A DNA stretch of 64,000 bases from a bacterium (GTDB taxonomy: Bacteria; Electryoneota; JAOADG01): assembly GCA_963681965.1 (NCBI GenBank), contig OY820579.1:2240001-2304000 (forward strand). Direction: 5' to 3'. Made by a program: the position numbers and the translations under genes. Below, piece after piece: positions 10,352 through 20,794 of the stretch. Positions within the stretch are counted from its first letter, which is position 1; each line of letters begins with the position of its first letter. The notes under the pieces are model-generated. The model searched no databases and was not told the DNA's origin. It saw nothing but the letters and a program-made list of their open reading frames with translations.

Positions 10352-10710
10352 TAGTAGGGGCGGGTCCCCGCGCCCGCCCGCATCTTTCATCTTTTTCTCT
10401 TTTCCCAACACCTACAACCCAATCCCCAACACCCATCTTGTCGATTTGTCGTTGCGAATGCGCCGTTCGGCGCATGTGGCAACCCACTCTTTTTTCTGTT
10501 TATCCTTTTTGGTTGGGGCGGTTCGCGAACCGCCCCAGCCATGATAACAATTTGGGTGTTAGCTCTATGTTGGAGGTGGGGCTTCAGCCCCGCCACATTG
10601 AAATCTATTTTGGAAATAAGAGTCGGAATAAATTCCGACCAACAGATATTTCAACCATCTTTACCAATCCCCAAACCCCCAATCCCCAACTCCTAACACC
10701 CAACCCCCGT
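10352..10710. repeat. Mosaic of REP-like palindromes and heptamer repeats
   Basis: GTAGGGGCGGGTCCCCGCGCCCGCCC, GGGGCGGTTCGCGAACCGCCCC, GGAGGTGGGGCTTCAGCCCCGCC, GTCGGAATAAATTCCGAC and CCCCAAN-type heptamers, all recurring elsewhere in the window. Confidence 0.85.
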
Positions 10711-10719
10711 ATTATTAGT

Positions 10720-10737
10720 TTGATAATGTTTTAACAA
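10720..10737. promoter_or_regulatory. Putative Rex (NADH/NAD+ sensor) operator upstream of nuoA
   Basis: TTGATAA-TGTT-TTAACAA, one mismatch to the 7-4-7 consensus TTGTTAA-N4-TTAACAA, about 140 bp before nuoA. Confidence 0.5.
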
Positions 10738-10875
10738 AATCGCGAATTATCTTCGCGAGGGTATTGTGAATACGATATTCTCAACTTATTTTCCGTATGA
10801 TTTATTTATGTCAAGTGAAATAAGGCGCAATTTAGCACCATCTACCGATCGTAACTGGGGGGTTGGTTCGGAAGT

Positions 10876-11232
10876 ATGCTGGTAAGCTTTTCACCGGTTG
10901 TTATTCAATTACTGGTCGCTGTCGGGTTTGCAGCGTTCGTGATTCTAGCGTCGTATTTGCTCGGACCGAAACGATTCGATACCACCAAACACGACACCTA
11001 CGAATGCGGCATCGACTACCACGGCAATGCCCGTAACCGCTTTGCCATCAAATTCTACCTCATCGCTGTCCTGTTCGTCCTATTCGATATCGAAGTCGTC
11101 TTTCTCTACCCGTGGGCAATCAATCTGCGCGTCTTAAACTGGTCTGGTTTCTGGCAGATGATGGTGTTTCTCGGTGTCTTAACCATTGGATTATTGTTTG
11201 CTTGGCGGAAAGGAGCCCTTGAATGGGAGTAG
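10876..11232 (+). CDS. nuoA: NADH-quinone oxidoreductase subunit A
   Basis: [24 protein letters not shown]. Confidence 0.97.
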   Translation: MLVSFSPVVIQLLVAVGFAAFVILASYLLGPKRFDTTKHDTYECGIDYHGNARNRFAIKFYLIAVLFVLFDIEVVFLYPWAINLRVLNWSGFWQMMVFLGVLTIGLLFAWRKGALEWE

Positions 11233-11747
11233 AACCCCCGTACGGCAAAGGCTTCTTCCTGACGACTCTGAGCGAGGCGATCGGCTGGTCGCGCAAATAT
11301 TCCCTTTGGCCGATGCCCTTCGCTACGGCGTGTTGCGGGATCGAATACATGGCGACGATGGCGTCGCGCTACGATATCTCCCGGTTCGGTGCCGAACGCC
11401 CCAGTTTCTCGCCGCGCCAAGCCGATCTAATGCTAGTTATCGGCACCATCAATTTGAAAATGGCACCGGTGCTGAAGCGCATCTACGATCAGATGGCGGA
11501 ACCGAAGTGGGTCATTGCGATGGGTGCATGCGCCTCGTGCGGTGGCATGTTTGAAGTGTACTCCGTGGTACAAGGGATGGATGAGTTGTTCCCGGTCGAT
11601 ATTTATATTCCCGGATGCCCGCCCCGTCCCGAAATGCTGCTGCAGGGCTTTATGCAACTGCAGGAGAAAGTCCAGAAGCAAGGTCTGTACGCCAAGTCGA
11701 CCAATCGACATCTCTTTCAACCCAAAGATAATTCCGATTCGAAGTAG
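11223..11747 (+). CDS. nuoB: NADH-quinone oxidoreductase subunit B
   Basis: [28 protein letters not shown]. Confidence 0.97.
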   Translation: MGVEPPYGKGFFLTTLSEAIGWSRKYSLWPMPFATACCGIEYMATMASRYDISRFGAERPSFSPRQADLMLVIGTINLKMAPVLKRIYDQMAEPKWVIAMGACASCGGMFEVYSVVQGMDELFPVDIYIPGCPPRPEMLLQGFMQLQEKVQKQGLYAKSTNRHLFQPKDNSDSK

Positions 11748-11755
11748 AGTACTGA

Positions 11756-12316
11756 ATGCAACCAGCGGCACCGTTAACCGAACGTAACCCCATCGTACTT
11801 GCCAAAATGCAGGAAGCATTCGGCGACGCGATTCGCGAGCAATACGAATCGAATGGGATGCTGGTGCTGGTGCTCGATGCTGCCAAGAATGTCGAAATCT
11901 GCACTTTCCTCCGCGATACCGAAGACCTTTCTTATAAGATGATGCTCGACCTTTGCGGCGTCGATTATCCGTCGCGTGCCGAGCGCTTCGAAGTGGTGAT
12001 GCATCTCCACGCGATGAAGTATCAGCACCGCATCCGATTGCGGTTCCCAATTCCCGGAAAAGATCCGGAGATCCGCACAGTAAGCAACATCTGGGTTGCG
12101 GCGAATTGGGCGGAACGCGAAGCATTCGATTTCTTCGGCATTAAATTTATCGGACATCCCGATTTACGACGAATATTGAATCCACACGATTTCGAAGGGC
12201 ATCCGTTGCGTAAGGATTTCCCGACGCGTGGATTGAAACGCGGTCGCTTCCCGTTGGGTGAAGTGATCAACAACAAGCGTGCCGAACTACCGGATTTTCC
12301 GGACGATTCTAAGTAG
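11756..12316 (+). CDS. nuoC: NADH-quinone oxidoreductase subunit C
   Basis: ANWAEREAFDFFGIKFIGHPDLRRI, GHPLRKDFP. Confidence 0.97.
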   Translation: MQPAAPLTERNPIVLAKMQEAFGDAIREQYESNGMLVLVLDAAKNVEICTFLRDTEDLSYKMMLDLCGVDYPSRAERFEVVMHLHAMKYQHRIRLRFPIPGKDPEIRTVSNIWVAANWAEREAFDFFGIKFIGHPDLRRILNPHDFEGHPLRKDFPTRGLKRGRFPLGEVINNKRAELPDFPDDSK

Positions 12317-12390
12317 GGGTGTGGCAACCGCGAAGCGCTCACCGAAGGTAATACGCTCGGAGGTGGGGCTTCAGCCCCGCCACATTTGAA

Positions 12391-13063
12391 ATCTTGATTT
12401 GTCGTTGCGAGGACTGCAGCGAAGGAACATGCGAAGCACTTCCGAAGCGGAAGGACGAAGCAATCTATCTTGTGATCTTTTTCAATCTTGTATCTTGATT
12501 TGTCGTTGCGAGGACTGCAGCGAAGGAACGTGCGAAGCACTTCCGAAGCGGAAGGACGAAGCAATCTATCTTTTGATCTTTTTCAATCTTGTATCTTGAT
12601 TTGTCGTTGCGAGGACTGCAGCGAAGGAACGTGCGAAGCACTTCCGAAGCGGAAGGACGAAGCAATCTATCTTTTGATCTTTTTCAATCTTGTATCTTGA
12701 TTTGTCGTTGCGAGGACTGCAGCGAAGGAACGTGCGAAGCACTTCCGAAGCGGAAGGACGAAGCAATCTATCTTTTGATCTTTTTCAATCTTGTATCTTG
12801 ATTTGTCGTTGCGAGGACTGCAGCGAAGGAACGTGCGCAGCACTTCCGAAGCGGAAGGACGAAGCAATCTATCTTTTGATCTTTTTCAATCTTGTATCTT
12901 GATTTGTCGTTGCGAGGACTGCAGCGAAGGAACGTGCGAAGCACTTCCGAAGTGGAAGGACGAAGCAATCTCCTCCTGAATATTGTATTCTTTAAAAGAG
13001 GAGATTGCTTCGTCACTTCTGGCGCACTAGGTCGCGCCCTGCGTTCCTCGCAATGACAAATCA
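12391..13063. repeat. Tandem array of a 101-bp unit (six cores) closed by an inverted right arm
   Basis: Units start at 12391, 12492, 12593, 12694, 12795 and 12896 (ATCTTGATTTGTCGTTGCGAGGACTGCAGCGAAGG...GACGAAGCAATCT); inverted arm GAGATTGCTTCGTC...TCCTCGCAATGACAAATCA at about 13001-13063. Confidence 0.95.
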
Positions 13064-13117
13064 GGAAGTATAAAAAAACGGGCGTATCTTTCCGCCCTAA
13101 TGAAATAAACGGAACTC

Positions 13118-14335
13118 ATGGCAGACATTCGACCTGAAATCGCCGATAAATATCTGGAGCCGACCGAGGAGCGGGATCGCTTTATCCTGAATCTCGGACC
13201 GTCGCATCCCGCGATGCACGGCATTCTCCAGAATATTGTCGAGTTGGATGGCGAGCGAATCGTCAAGACCTGGCCGGAAATCGGGTTCTGTCATCGCAGT
13301 TTCGAAAAACTTGCCGAAGTATACACTTACAACCAAGTCATCACGATCACCGACCGGATGAATTATGTTTCGTCTCCGGCAAATAACGTCGCGTGGACGC
13401 TCGCAGTCGAGAAGATGATGGGGATCGAAGTACCGAAGAAAGTCGCATATGTCCGCGTGATCTTCATGGAACTCTCCCGCATCATGGATCACCTTGTCTC
13501 GATGGGGGTGTTGGGTGTCGATCTTGGTGCCTATACCGGCTTCTTGTATTTCTTCGAGCAGCGCGAAAAAATCTATACAATCCTGGAGAACATGACCGGT
13601 GCGCGCCTCACTACCGCTTTCGGGCGGGTCGGTGGGTTGGAGCGCGACATCCCGGCATCGTTCAAAGCCGATGTCTACGAATTTCTGAACGGTTTCCCGA
13701 AAGTGCTGTCGGACTTCCACAAGCTGCTGACGCGCAACCGCATCTTCATGGATCGCACCCGCGGGGTCAGCAAGATCACGTCCGAGCGCGCGCTCGAGTA
13801 TGGCTTTACCGGTCCGAATCTCCGTGCCACCGGCTACGAATTCGATATCCGGAAAGTGTATCCATATTCGTGTTATGAAGAGTTCGATTTCGATATTCCG
13901 GTCGGTGCCGATGGCGATGTCTACGACCGTTATCTCGTACGGATGGAAGAGATTCAGCAGAGTTACAATATTGTCAAACAGGCGATCGATAATCTGCCCG
14001 AAGGACCGTATCGCGCCGATGCACCGAAAGTAGTGCTGCCGCTGAAGCGCGATGTCTATTCCAATATGGAAGCGATGATCACGCATTTCAAGATCATCAT
14101 GCACGGCATCGAGCCGCCAGTGGGCGAATTCTATTCCAGTATCGAAGCGCCGAACGGCGAACTGGGTGCGTACATCGTCAGCGATGGCGGACCGACACCG
14201 TACCGTGTCCATTGGCGACGTCCCTGTTTTTATTTTTACAATGCGATCGAAGAACTCATCACCGGTGGCTTGATTGCCGATGCGGTTGCCTGCATCAGCT
14301 CGATCAATGTCATTGCCGGCGAGTTGGATTGTTAA
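13118..14335 (+). CDS. nuoD: NADH-quinone oxidoreductase subunit D
   Basis: NLGPSHPAMHG, DRMNY, EAPNGELG, GELDC. Confidence 0.97.
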   Translation: MADIRPEIADKYLEPTEERDRFILNLGPSHPAMHGILQNIVELDGERIVKTWPEIGFCHRSFEKLAEVYTYNQVITITDRMNYVSSPANNVAWTLAVEKMMGIEVPKKVAYVRVIFMELSRIMDHLVSMGVLGVDLGAYTGFLYFFEQREKIYTILENMTGARLTTAFGRVGGLERDIPASFKADVYEFLNGFPKVLSDFHKLLTRNRIFMDRTRGVSKITSERALEYGFTGPNLRATGYEFDIRKVYPYSCYEEFDFDIPVGADGDVYDRYLVRMEEIQQSYNIVKQAIDNLPEGPYRADAPKVVLPLKRDVYSNMEAMITHFKIIMHGIEPPVGEFYSSIEAPNGELGAYIVSDGGPTPYRVHWRRPCFYFYNAIEELITGGLIADAVACISSINVIAGELDC

Positions 14336-14361
14336 CTGATTGATAGAGTGAACTAGTTATT

Positions 14362-14862
14362 ATGCCAGTAGCGTTATCCGAAGCCACACTTCAGAAGATT
14401 TCCGCCGAGCGGCAGAAGTACCCGGACAAGCTGTCCGTGTTGCTTCCGGCGTTGTGGTGGGCGCAGGATGAATGGCGCTGGTTCGATAACGAGCGGATGG
14501 ATTATCTCGCCGGTGTCTTGGACATTCCGAAGATTCGCGTGTACGAGGCGGTGTCGTTTTACACGATGTTCAATCGCAAACCGGTCGGAAAATATCATCT
14601 GCAGGTCTGTCACAATATTTCATGCAGTATTCTCGGTGCCGAACATATCATTGATTACCTGAAGCGGAAATTGCAGGTAATCGAAGGGGAAGTAACGCCG
14701 GACGGTTATTTTACGATCACGCGCGCCGAGTGCCTCGGTTCGTGCGGAACTGCGCCGATGTTGCAGATGAATGATCGCTATTACGAGAATTTAACCGAAG
14801 CACGGATCGATTTTCTGCTCAGTGAATTGAAGCAGGATCGCATCCCGAAAGTGTTGCCGTAA
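14362..14862 (+). CDS. nuoE: NADH-quinone oxidoreductase subunit E
   Basis: SFYTMF, CHNISC, ECLGSCGTAPM. Confidence 0.97.
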   Translation: MPVALSEATLQKISAERQKYPDKLSVLLPALWWAQDEWRWFDNERMDYLAGVLDIPKIRVYEAVSFYTMFNRKPVGKYHLQVCHNISCSILGAEHIIDYLKRKLQVIEGEVTPDGYFTITRAECLGSCGTAPMLQMNDRYYENLTEARIDFLLSELKQDRIPKVLP

Positions 14863-14871
14863 ACACATTTT

Positions 14872-15063
14872 GGTGGCGCAGGCCTCCGAGCCTGCGATCT
14901 TGTGTTCTTTTTGAATCCTGTATCCTGATTTGTCGTTGCGAGGAACGCAGCGAAGGATCGTCAGCCGTATGGCTGACAGCCGTAGCGAAGAGACGAAGCA
15001 ATCTATCTTTATGTAGGGTTCGTTCGGGAACGAATCGCGGGCGGTTCGCGAACCGCCCCTACC
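14872..15063. repeat. Intergenic palindrome mosaic (nuoE-nuoF)
   Basis: GTGGCGCAGGCCTCCGAGCCTGCG, a variant GTCGTTGCGAGG...GAAGCAATCT element and GGGCGGTTCGCGAACCGCCCCTAC. Confidence 0.85.
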
Positions 15064-15110
15064 AAAAAATAATTTCGGCGTACACCATACGCCTCAACGG
15101 ATGAAAATAC

Positions 15111-16418
15111 GTGATCGATTACGACTACAAACATCCTGAGAAGATCGTCTTCAAGAACCTCGATATCCCGGGGGCGCATACGATCGAGCAGTATCGCAAG
15201 CTGGGCGGCTACGAAGTCGCACGGCGCGTGCTTGCCGAAATGCAGCCGTCGCAGGTAGTCGATGAGGTGAAGAACTCGGGTCTGCGTGGTCGTGGCGGCG
15301 CCGGTTTCTCTTGCGGTATGAAATGGAGTTTCGTACCGAAAGACAATCCGAATCCGAAATACCTGATCTGCAACGGCGACGAATCCGAACCTGGTACTTT
15401 CAAGGATCGCGATATCTTGCGGTACGATCCGCATTCGATGCTCGAAGGGATGATGATCGGCTGTTTCGCGATCGGTTCGCATTCCGGTTATATCTACATC
15501 CGTGGCGAATTCGGTACTGAGGCGGAGATCGTTCGAGAAGCAATCAAAGAAGCGTATCGCGACGGTGTGCTTGGCGAGAATGCACTAGGTACCGGTTACA
15601 AACTCGATTTGCACGTCTATCGCGGTGCCGGTGCGTATATCTGCGGTGAAGAAACCGCATTGATCGAATCGCTTGAAGGGAAGCGCGGTCATCCGCGCAA
15701 CAAACCGCCATTCCCGGCGATCGTCGGATTCAATAAATCGCCGACCATCGTCAACAATGTCGAGACGTTGGCGACTGTTCCGTACATCATGAAACATGGC
15801 GCACTCGCGTATCGCAAATACGGTACCGAGAAATCGGCAGGCACGAAACTATTCTGCGTCAGTGGTCATGTGCAGAAGCCGGGCGTATACGAAGTGCCGA
15901 TGGGCATCAATTTCAAACGCTTTTTGTATGAGACTTGCGGTGGTCCGCTGCCCGGTCGCGAATTTAAGGCAGTCATTCCGGGCGGTAGTTCGGTACCAAT
16001 CATCACCAAAGCCGAAGCTGAATCCGATGAGTGCACGATGGACTATGAAGGATTCACCAAAGTCGGTACAATGCTTGGTTCCGGTGCTGTGATCGTGTAT
16101 GACAATACGGTTTGTATTGTAAGGGCGCTGGAAATTTTGGCACGGTTTTATTCACACGAATCCTGTGGACAGTGTACACCATGCCGTGAAGGTACCGGTT
16201 GGTTGAACCGGGTTTTGCATCGCATCGAAGCGGGGAATGGGCACCCCGACGAAATCGATTTGATTGTCGATATCGCAAACAACATCGATGGCGAAACGAT
16301 TTGTCCGCTCGGCGATGCGGCGGCGTGGCCGGTACAGAGCGCAGTCAAGCGGTTCCGCGAGGAATTCGAGTATCACATCACGCATCGCACCTGTTTACCT
16401 GGCACTGTGAAGTATTGA
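15111..16418 (+). CDS. nuoF: NADH-quinone oxidoreductase subunit F
   Basis: GLRGRGGAGF, DESEPGTFKDR, GAYICGEETAL, ESCGQCTPCREG. Confidence 0.98.
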   Translation: MIDYDYKHPEKIVFKNLDIPGAHTIEQYRKLGGYEVARRVLAEMQPSQVVDEVKNSGLRGRGGAGFSCGMKWSFVPKDNPNPKYLICNGDESEPGTFKDRDILRYDPHSMLEGMMIGCFAIGSHSGYIYIRGEFGTEAEIVREAIKEAYRDGVLGENALGTGYKLDLHVYRGAGAYICGEETALIESLEGKRGHPRNKPPFPAIVGFNKSPTIVNNVETLATVPYIMKHGALAYRKYGTEKSAGTKLFCVSGHVQKPGVYEVPMGINFKRFLYETCGGPLPGREFKAVIPGGSSVPIITKAEAESDECTMDYEGFTKVGTMLGSGAVIVYDNTVCIVRALEILARFYSHESCGQCTPCREGTGWLNRVLHRIEAGNGHPDEIDLIVDIANNIDGETICPLGDAAAWPVQSAVKRFREEFEYHITHRTCLPGTVKY

Positions 16419-16431
16419 AAATATTCTTATG

Positions 16432-16870
16432 GTAGGGGCGGTTCGCGAACCGCCCGTGTCCAGATGAATATTGAGTGTGATCCTGTTGTAGAAGCGACCC
16501 ACTGCGGTCGCCCGATATTGAAATCTTTTTCTGTCATTGCGAGGAATTTGCTGTCAGGCGAATGAAGTGGCAATCTATCTTTTGATCTTTGTTAATCTTA
16601 TATCTTGATTTGTCGTTGCGAGGACTGCAGCGAAGGAACGTGCGCAGCACTTCCGAAGCGGAAGGACGAAGCAATCTATCTTGTGTTCTTTTCTTGTCAT
16701 TGCGAAGCAGGCGTAGCCTGCTGTGGCAATCTTCTCATTTCCGTAGGGGCGTATAGCATACGCCCTGAGCGGCAGGCAGCGCCTGACGCAGATCTTTAAA
16801 ATTGAAGTCAGGGGCGGTTCGCGAACCGCCCCTACCCAAGAAAACAAGGGCGTATGCCATACGCCCCTAC
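16432..16870. repeat. Intergenic palindrome mosaic (nuoF-nuoG)
   Basis: At least six different palindrome types, including GTAGGGGCGGTTCGCGAACCGCCC (16432) and GTAGGGGCGTATAGCATACGCCC (16743). Confidence 0.9.
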
Positions 16871-16886
16871 GATAGAAAAAAGGCAC

Positions 16887-17714
16887 ATGGCAAAAGTCAC
16901 CATCGATGGACAGCAAATTGATGTAGCAGACGGAATCACGATCCTCTGGGCAGCACGCCAGTTGGGACGCGACATTCCGACGTTCTGTTACTATCCGTGG
17001 TTCCCCCCGCAGGGGAATTGTCGGATCTGTCAGGTCGAAGTGAAGGGGATGCCGAAACTCCAGATCTCGTGCAACATCCCGGTGCGTGATGGCATGGAGA
17101 TCTTCACCGACAACGAGCGGGTATTGCAGGCACGACGCGCAGTGATGGAATTCTTGTTGATCAATCACCCCCTCGATTGCCCGATTTGCGATCAAGCCGG
17201 TGAATGCGACTTGCAGGATCTCGCCTTCCGGCATGGTGCCGCCGTCGGACGCTTCCGCGAAGCGAAACGAACGTTCCCGAAAGTCGATTACGGAGTGAAA
17301 ATATCTCGCGAGATGAATCGCTGTATCCATTGCCGTCGCTGTGTGAAGCTTGCCGAAGATTATATGGGTGTGTCGGTGATTGGCGCATTGGAACGCGGCG
17401 ACCGTACCGAAATTGGTGCCTATATTGAAACGATCATCGACAGCCCGTATGCCGGTAACGTGATCGACATTTGTCCGGTCGGTGCGCTGACCGACAAGAA
17501 ATTCCGATTTACCGCACGGGTGTGGGATCTTGAAAATGTGAATGCGCATCGTCCCGATTGCGACAAGGGATGCAAGTGCAAATTGGGAATCTATCGCGGC
17601 AAGATTCATCGGGTCACGGCGCGATTCAATCAATACGGTGTGATGGATGCGATGATCTGCGACGAATGTCGGTACAATCATTTCGATTTATCCGATTGGG
17701 TACTTGAGTTGTAG
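16887..17714 (+). CDS. nuoG: NADH-quinone oxidoreductase subunit G, short form (Fe-S domains only)
   Basis: GNCRIC, NHPLDCPICDQAGECDLQD, RCIHCRRC, DICPVGAL; no molybdopterin-fold C-terminus. ATG at 16887; the upstream ORF extension is repeat sequence. Confidence 0.92.
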   Translation: MAKVTIDGQQIDVADGITILWAARQLGRDIPTFCYYPWFPPQGNCRICQVEVKGMPKLQISCNIPVRDGMEIFTDNERVLQARRAVMEFLLINHPLDCPICDQAGECDLQDLAFRHGAAVGRFREAKRTFPKVDYGVKISREMNRCIHCRRCVKLAEDYMGVSVIGALERGDRTEIGAYIETIIDSPYAGNVIDICPVGALTDKKFRFTARVWDLENVNAHRPDCDKGCKCKLGIYRGKIHRVTARFNQYGVMDAMICDECRYNHFDLSDWVLEL

Positions 17715-18413
17715 GTCGGAATTTATTCCGACATCATTTGATCTTTTTCATCTGTCATTGCGAAGCCCCGCAGGGGCTGTGGCAATCTATCATGTGATCT
17801 TTATTATTTTTGTATCCTGATTTGTCGTTGCGAGGACTGCAGCGAAGGAACGTGCGTAGCACTTCCGAAGCGGAAGGACGAAGCAATCTATCTTGTGATC
17901 TTTGTTATTTCATCTTGAAGTAGGGGCGGATCCCCGCATCCGCCCGTATCTTGTTCTTTTTTATCTTTTGATTTTTATTTCCGTAGGGGCGTATGGCATA
18001 CGCCCTAAGCGGCAGGTAGCACCTGACGCAGATCTTTATGTAAGACACGGGCGGTTCGCGAACCGCCCCTACCAAAAACAATTTGGGCGTTTGCCCTATG
18101 TTGGAGGTGGGGCTTCAGCCCCGCCACATTGAAATCTTTTTCTGTCATGCGAAGCCCCGCAGGGGCTGTGGCAATCTATCTTGTGATCTTTATTATTTTT
18201 GTATCCTGATTTGTCGTTGCGAGGACTGCAGCGAAGGAACGTGCGTAGCACTTCCGAAGCGGAAGGACGAAGCAATCTATCTTGTGATCTTTTCGTAGGT
18301 ACAGACACTCTTGTCTGTACACGTCTGCCGAAGTCAGACACAACAATATGGTCGACAGACAAAAGTGTCTGTCGCTACTGAAAAGACACGGGCAGTTCGC
18401 GAACCGCCCCTAC
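17711..18413. repeat. Intergenic palindrome mosaic (nuoG-nuoH) with internal duplication
   Basis: Block at about 17750-17900 is repeated at about 18140-18290; also GTAGGTCGGAATTTATTCCGAC and GTAGGTACAGACACTCTTGTCTGTAC with an inverted partner. Confidence 0.9.
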
Positions 18414-18437
18414 CAAAAAAAATAGGAAGAATAATTC

Positions 18438-19490
18438 GTGACCGATTTTCTCTGGCTAATCGTCGAAAAAGCGATCTTCAGCGTCTGTTTGCTAGGCTTC
18501 ATCATGGGCTTTGCATCCTATGCGACGCTGGCAGAGCGCCGAATCGCGAGCTGGATGCAGGATCGAATCGGACCGAATCGCGCTGGACCGTGGGGCTTGT
18601 TCCAACCGATCGCGGACGGCGTCAAGTTCTTCACCAAAGAGGATATCATCCCGGCGAATGTGCACAAAGCGTTTTATCTGCTCGCTCCGGGGATCGCCGC
18701 AATCCCGCCGCTGATGCTGGCTGCCGCGATTCCGTGGGGATATCAATTCGAGCTGTACGGTCGCGTGATTCAATTGCAGATGATCAATCTCAACATCGGA
18801 ATTCTCTATATTTTCGCCTTCGCCTCGATCGGCGTCTACGGCGTGATGTTGGGCGGTTGGGCATCGAATAATAAATTCTCGCTGATGGGCGGGCTGCGTG
18901 CCAGCAATCAGATGATCTCGTACGAATTGGCGCAGGGCACTGCTGTCGTCGGTGTCTTGATCCTTGCCGGAACACTGTCGCTGCAGGATATCGTGGTGCA
19001 ACAGGACACCGTCACCCGCTGGTTTGTCTGGCGACAACCGATAGGGTTCTTCCTGTTTTTTGTCACGTCGCTGGCAGAATGTGCGCGTGTTCCCTTTGAT
19101 CTTCCGGAAGCGGAAAATGAATTGGTCGGCGGATATCACACGGAATACAGTTCGATGAAATTCGGTCTGTTCCAGGTGTCGGAATACATCCACATGACGG
19201 TGACCGGCGGTTTGATTTCGGTGTTGTACTTCGGCGGTTGGCAAATCCCGTTCGTGCACATGACCGATCAACCGACGATTCTGATGGCGCTGCTCGGTTT
19301 CGGTGCGATGGTTGCGAAGACTGCGTTCTTTGTGTTTGTGTTCATGTGGTTGCGCTGGACACTGCCGCGCTTCCGCTACGATCAGTTGTTGCGTCTCGGC
19401 TGGAAAGTCTTGCTGGAAGCCGCATTCATCTGGGTAATTATCACTGCGATTTTAGTTTTGGCGTGGCCATTCTATACCACGTGGTTTTAG
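18438..19490 (+). CDS. nuoH: NADH-quinone oxidoreductase subunit H
   Basis: QDRIGPNRAGPWGLFQPIADG, PFDLPEAENELVGGYHTEYS, LPRFRYDQL. Confidence 0.98.
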   Translation: MTDFLWLIVEKAIFSVCLLGFIMGFASYATLAERRIASWMQDRIGPNRAGPWGLFQPIADGVKFFTKEDIIPANVHKAFYLLAPGIAAIPPLMLAAAIPWGYQFELYGRVIQLQMINLNIGILYIFAFASIGVYGVMLGGWASNNKFSLMGGLRASNQMISYELAQGTAVVGVLILAGTLSLQDIVVQQDTVTRWFVWRQPIGFFLFFVTSLAECARVPFDLPEAENELVGGYHTEYSSMKFGLFQVSEYIHMTVTGGLISVLYFGGWQIPFVHMTDQPTILMALLGFGAMVAKTAFFVFVFMWLRWTLPRFRYDQLLRLGWKVLLEAAFIWVIITAILVLAWPFYTTWF

Positions 19491-19525
19491 TATGGTCGGC
19501 GGGAGACACGTGTCCCGAGTAGTTT

Positions 19526-19768
19526 TGGAGGTGGGGTTTTAACCCCGCCAGATTTGAAATCTTTTTTCTGTCATTGCGAAGCCCCGCAGGGGCTGTGGCA
19601 ATTGATCTTTTTGATCTTGTAGTAGGGACGGATCCCCGTATCCGCCCGCTCTTTTGATCTTTTGTATTTTGTCATTTTTTCCGTAGGGGCGAATCGCATT
19701 CGCCCCAAGCGGCAGGCAGCGCCTGACGCAGTATTGTGGACACGGGCGATTCGCGAACCGCACCTACC
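19526..19768. repeat. Intergenic palindrome mosaic (nuoH-nuoI)
   Basis: Same element families as the other nuo spacers. Confidence 0.85.
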
Positions 19769-19793
19769 AAAATCGAAAGAATAAATATCGAAT

Positions 19794-20294
19794 ATGGCGA
19801 TCAAGGTTTCTGAAAATAAATGGAAAATGACGTGGGGAGAGCGTCTCTACATCGCGCCGATCTGGGCGGGGATGCGGGTCACGCTGCGCCATTTATTCAT
19901 GAAGAAATCTACCATCCCGTATCCGGAAGTAAAGGCGCCTGTATCGCCGCGCTGGCGCGGTCGGCACGTGTTGAAGCGCAACGAATTGGGTCAGGAACGC
20001 TGTGTCGGTTGTCAGATGTGCGAGCTGGCATGTCCTGCCGATGCGATCTATATCGAAGCGGCGGAAGTACCGCCGGAGAAGCGGCACGAACATCCGACCG
20101 AACGCTACGCGAAAGTATATGATATCGATATGTTGCGTTGTATCTTCTGCGGAATGTGCGAAGAGGCATGCCCGGAAGCGGCAATTTTCCTGACACCATT
20201 CTATGAAATTTGTGACGACAGCCGCGAGAAACTGATTTACCACAAGGAGATGCTGACCGAAAAAGTCGGCGGACCGATCTGGTATAAGTTATAG
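19794..20294 (+). CDS. nuoI: NADH-quinone oxidoreductase subunit I
   Basis: CVGCQMCELACP and CIFCGMCEEACP. Confidence 0.97.
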   Translation: MAIKVSENKWKMTWGERLYIAPIWAGMRVTLRHLFMKKSTIPYPEVKAPVSPRWRGRHVLKRNELGQERCVGCQMCELACPADAIYIEAAEVPPEKRHEHPTERYAKVYDIDMLRCIFCGMCEEACPEAAIFLTPFYEICDDSREKLIYHKEMLTEKVGGPIWYKL

Positions 20295-20720
20295 GTGTTG
20301 GGTGGTAGGTTGTGGGTGTTGGGCAGTAGGGGCAACCCACTGCGATCGCCCACCTTTGAAATCTTTTTTCCGTAGGGGCGTATCGCATTCGCCCCAAGCG
20401 GCAGGCAGCACCTGACGCAGATGTATATACGGAAGATAGAAGCGATGCGTGATCGCCTCTATCATAAAGAACCGGGCGTATGTTCTTCACCCGGAGGTGG
20501 GGCTTCAGCCCCGCCACAGCTTGTTCTTTTTTTATCTTGTATCCTGATTTGTCGTTGCGAGGACTGCAGCGAAGGAACGTGCGTAGCACTTCCGCAGCGG
20601 AAGGACGAAGCAATCTATTTTGTGATCTTTCCGTAGGTACAGACACTCTTGTCTGTACATGTCTGCCGAAGGCAGACACAACAAATGTGGTCGACCGACA
20701 GGAGTGTCTGTCGCTACGGA
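20295..20720. repeat. Intergenic palindrome mosaic (nuoI-nuoJ)
   Basis: Heptamers plus at least five palindrome types; the block at about 20535-20717 is nearly identical to about 18195-18378. Confidence 0.88.
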
Positions 20721-20794
20721 AAAAAAACGGGCAATCAGTATTCGCCCACAGCGAACAAAATTCGCACTAATTATTGACGAGAACTATTGAAACA

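Noticed and set aside
12391-12971. Possible CRISPR array or repeated small Cys-rich ORFs
   Set aside because: The whole 101-bp unit repeats; the ORFs on both strands are translations of the repeat with no clear RBS.
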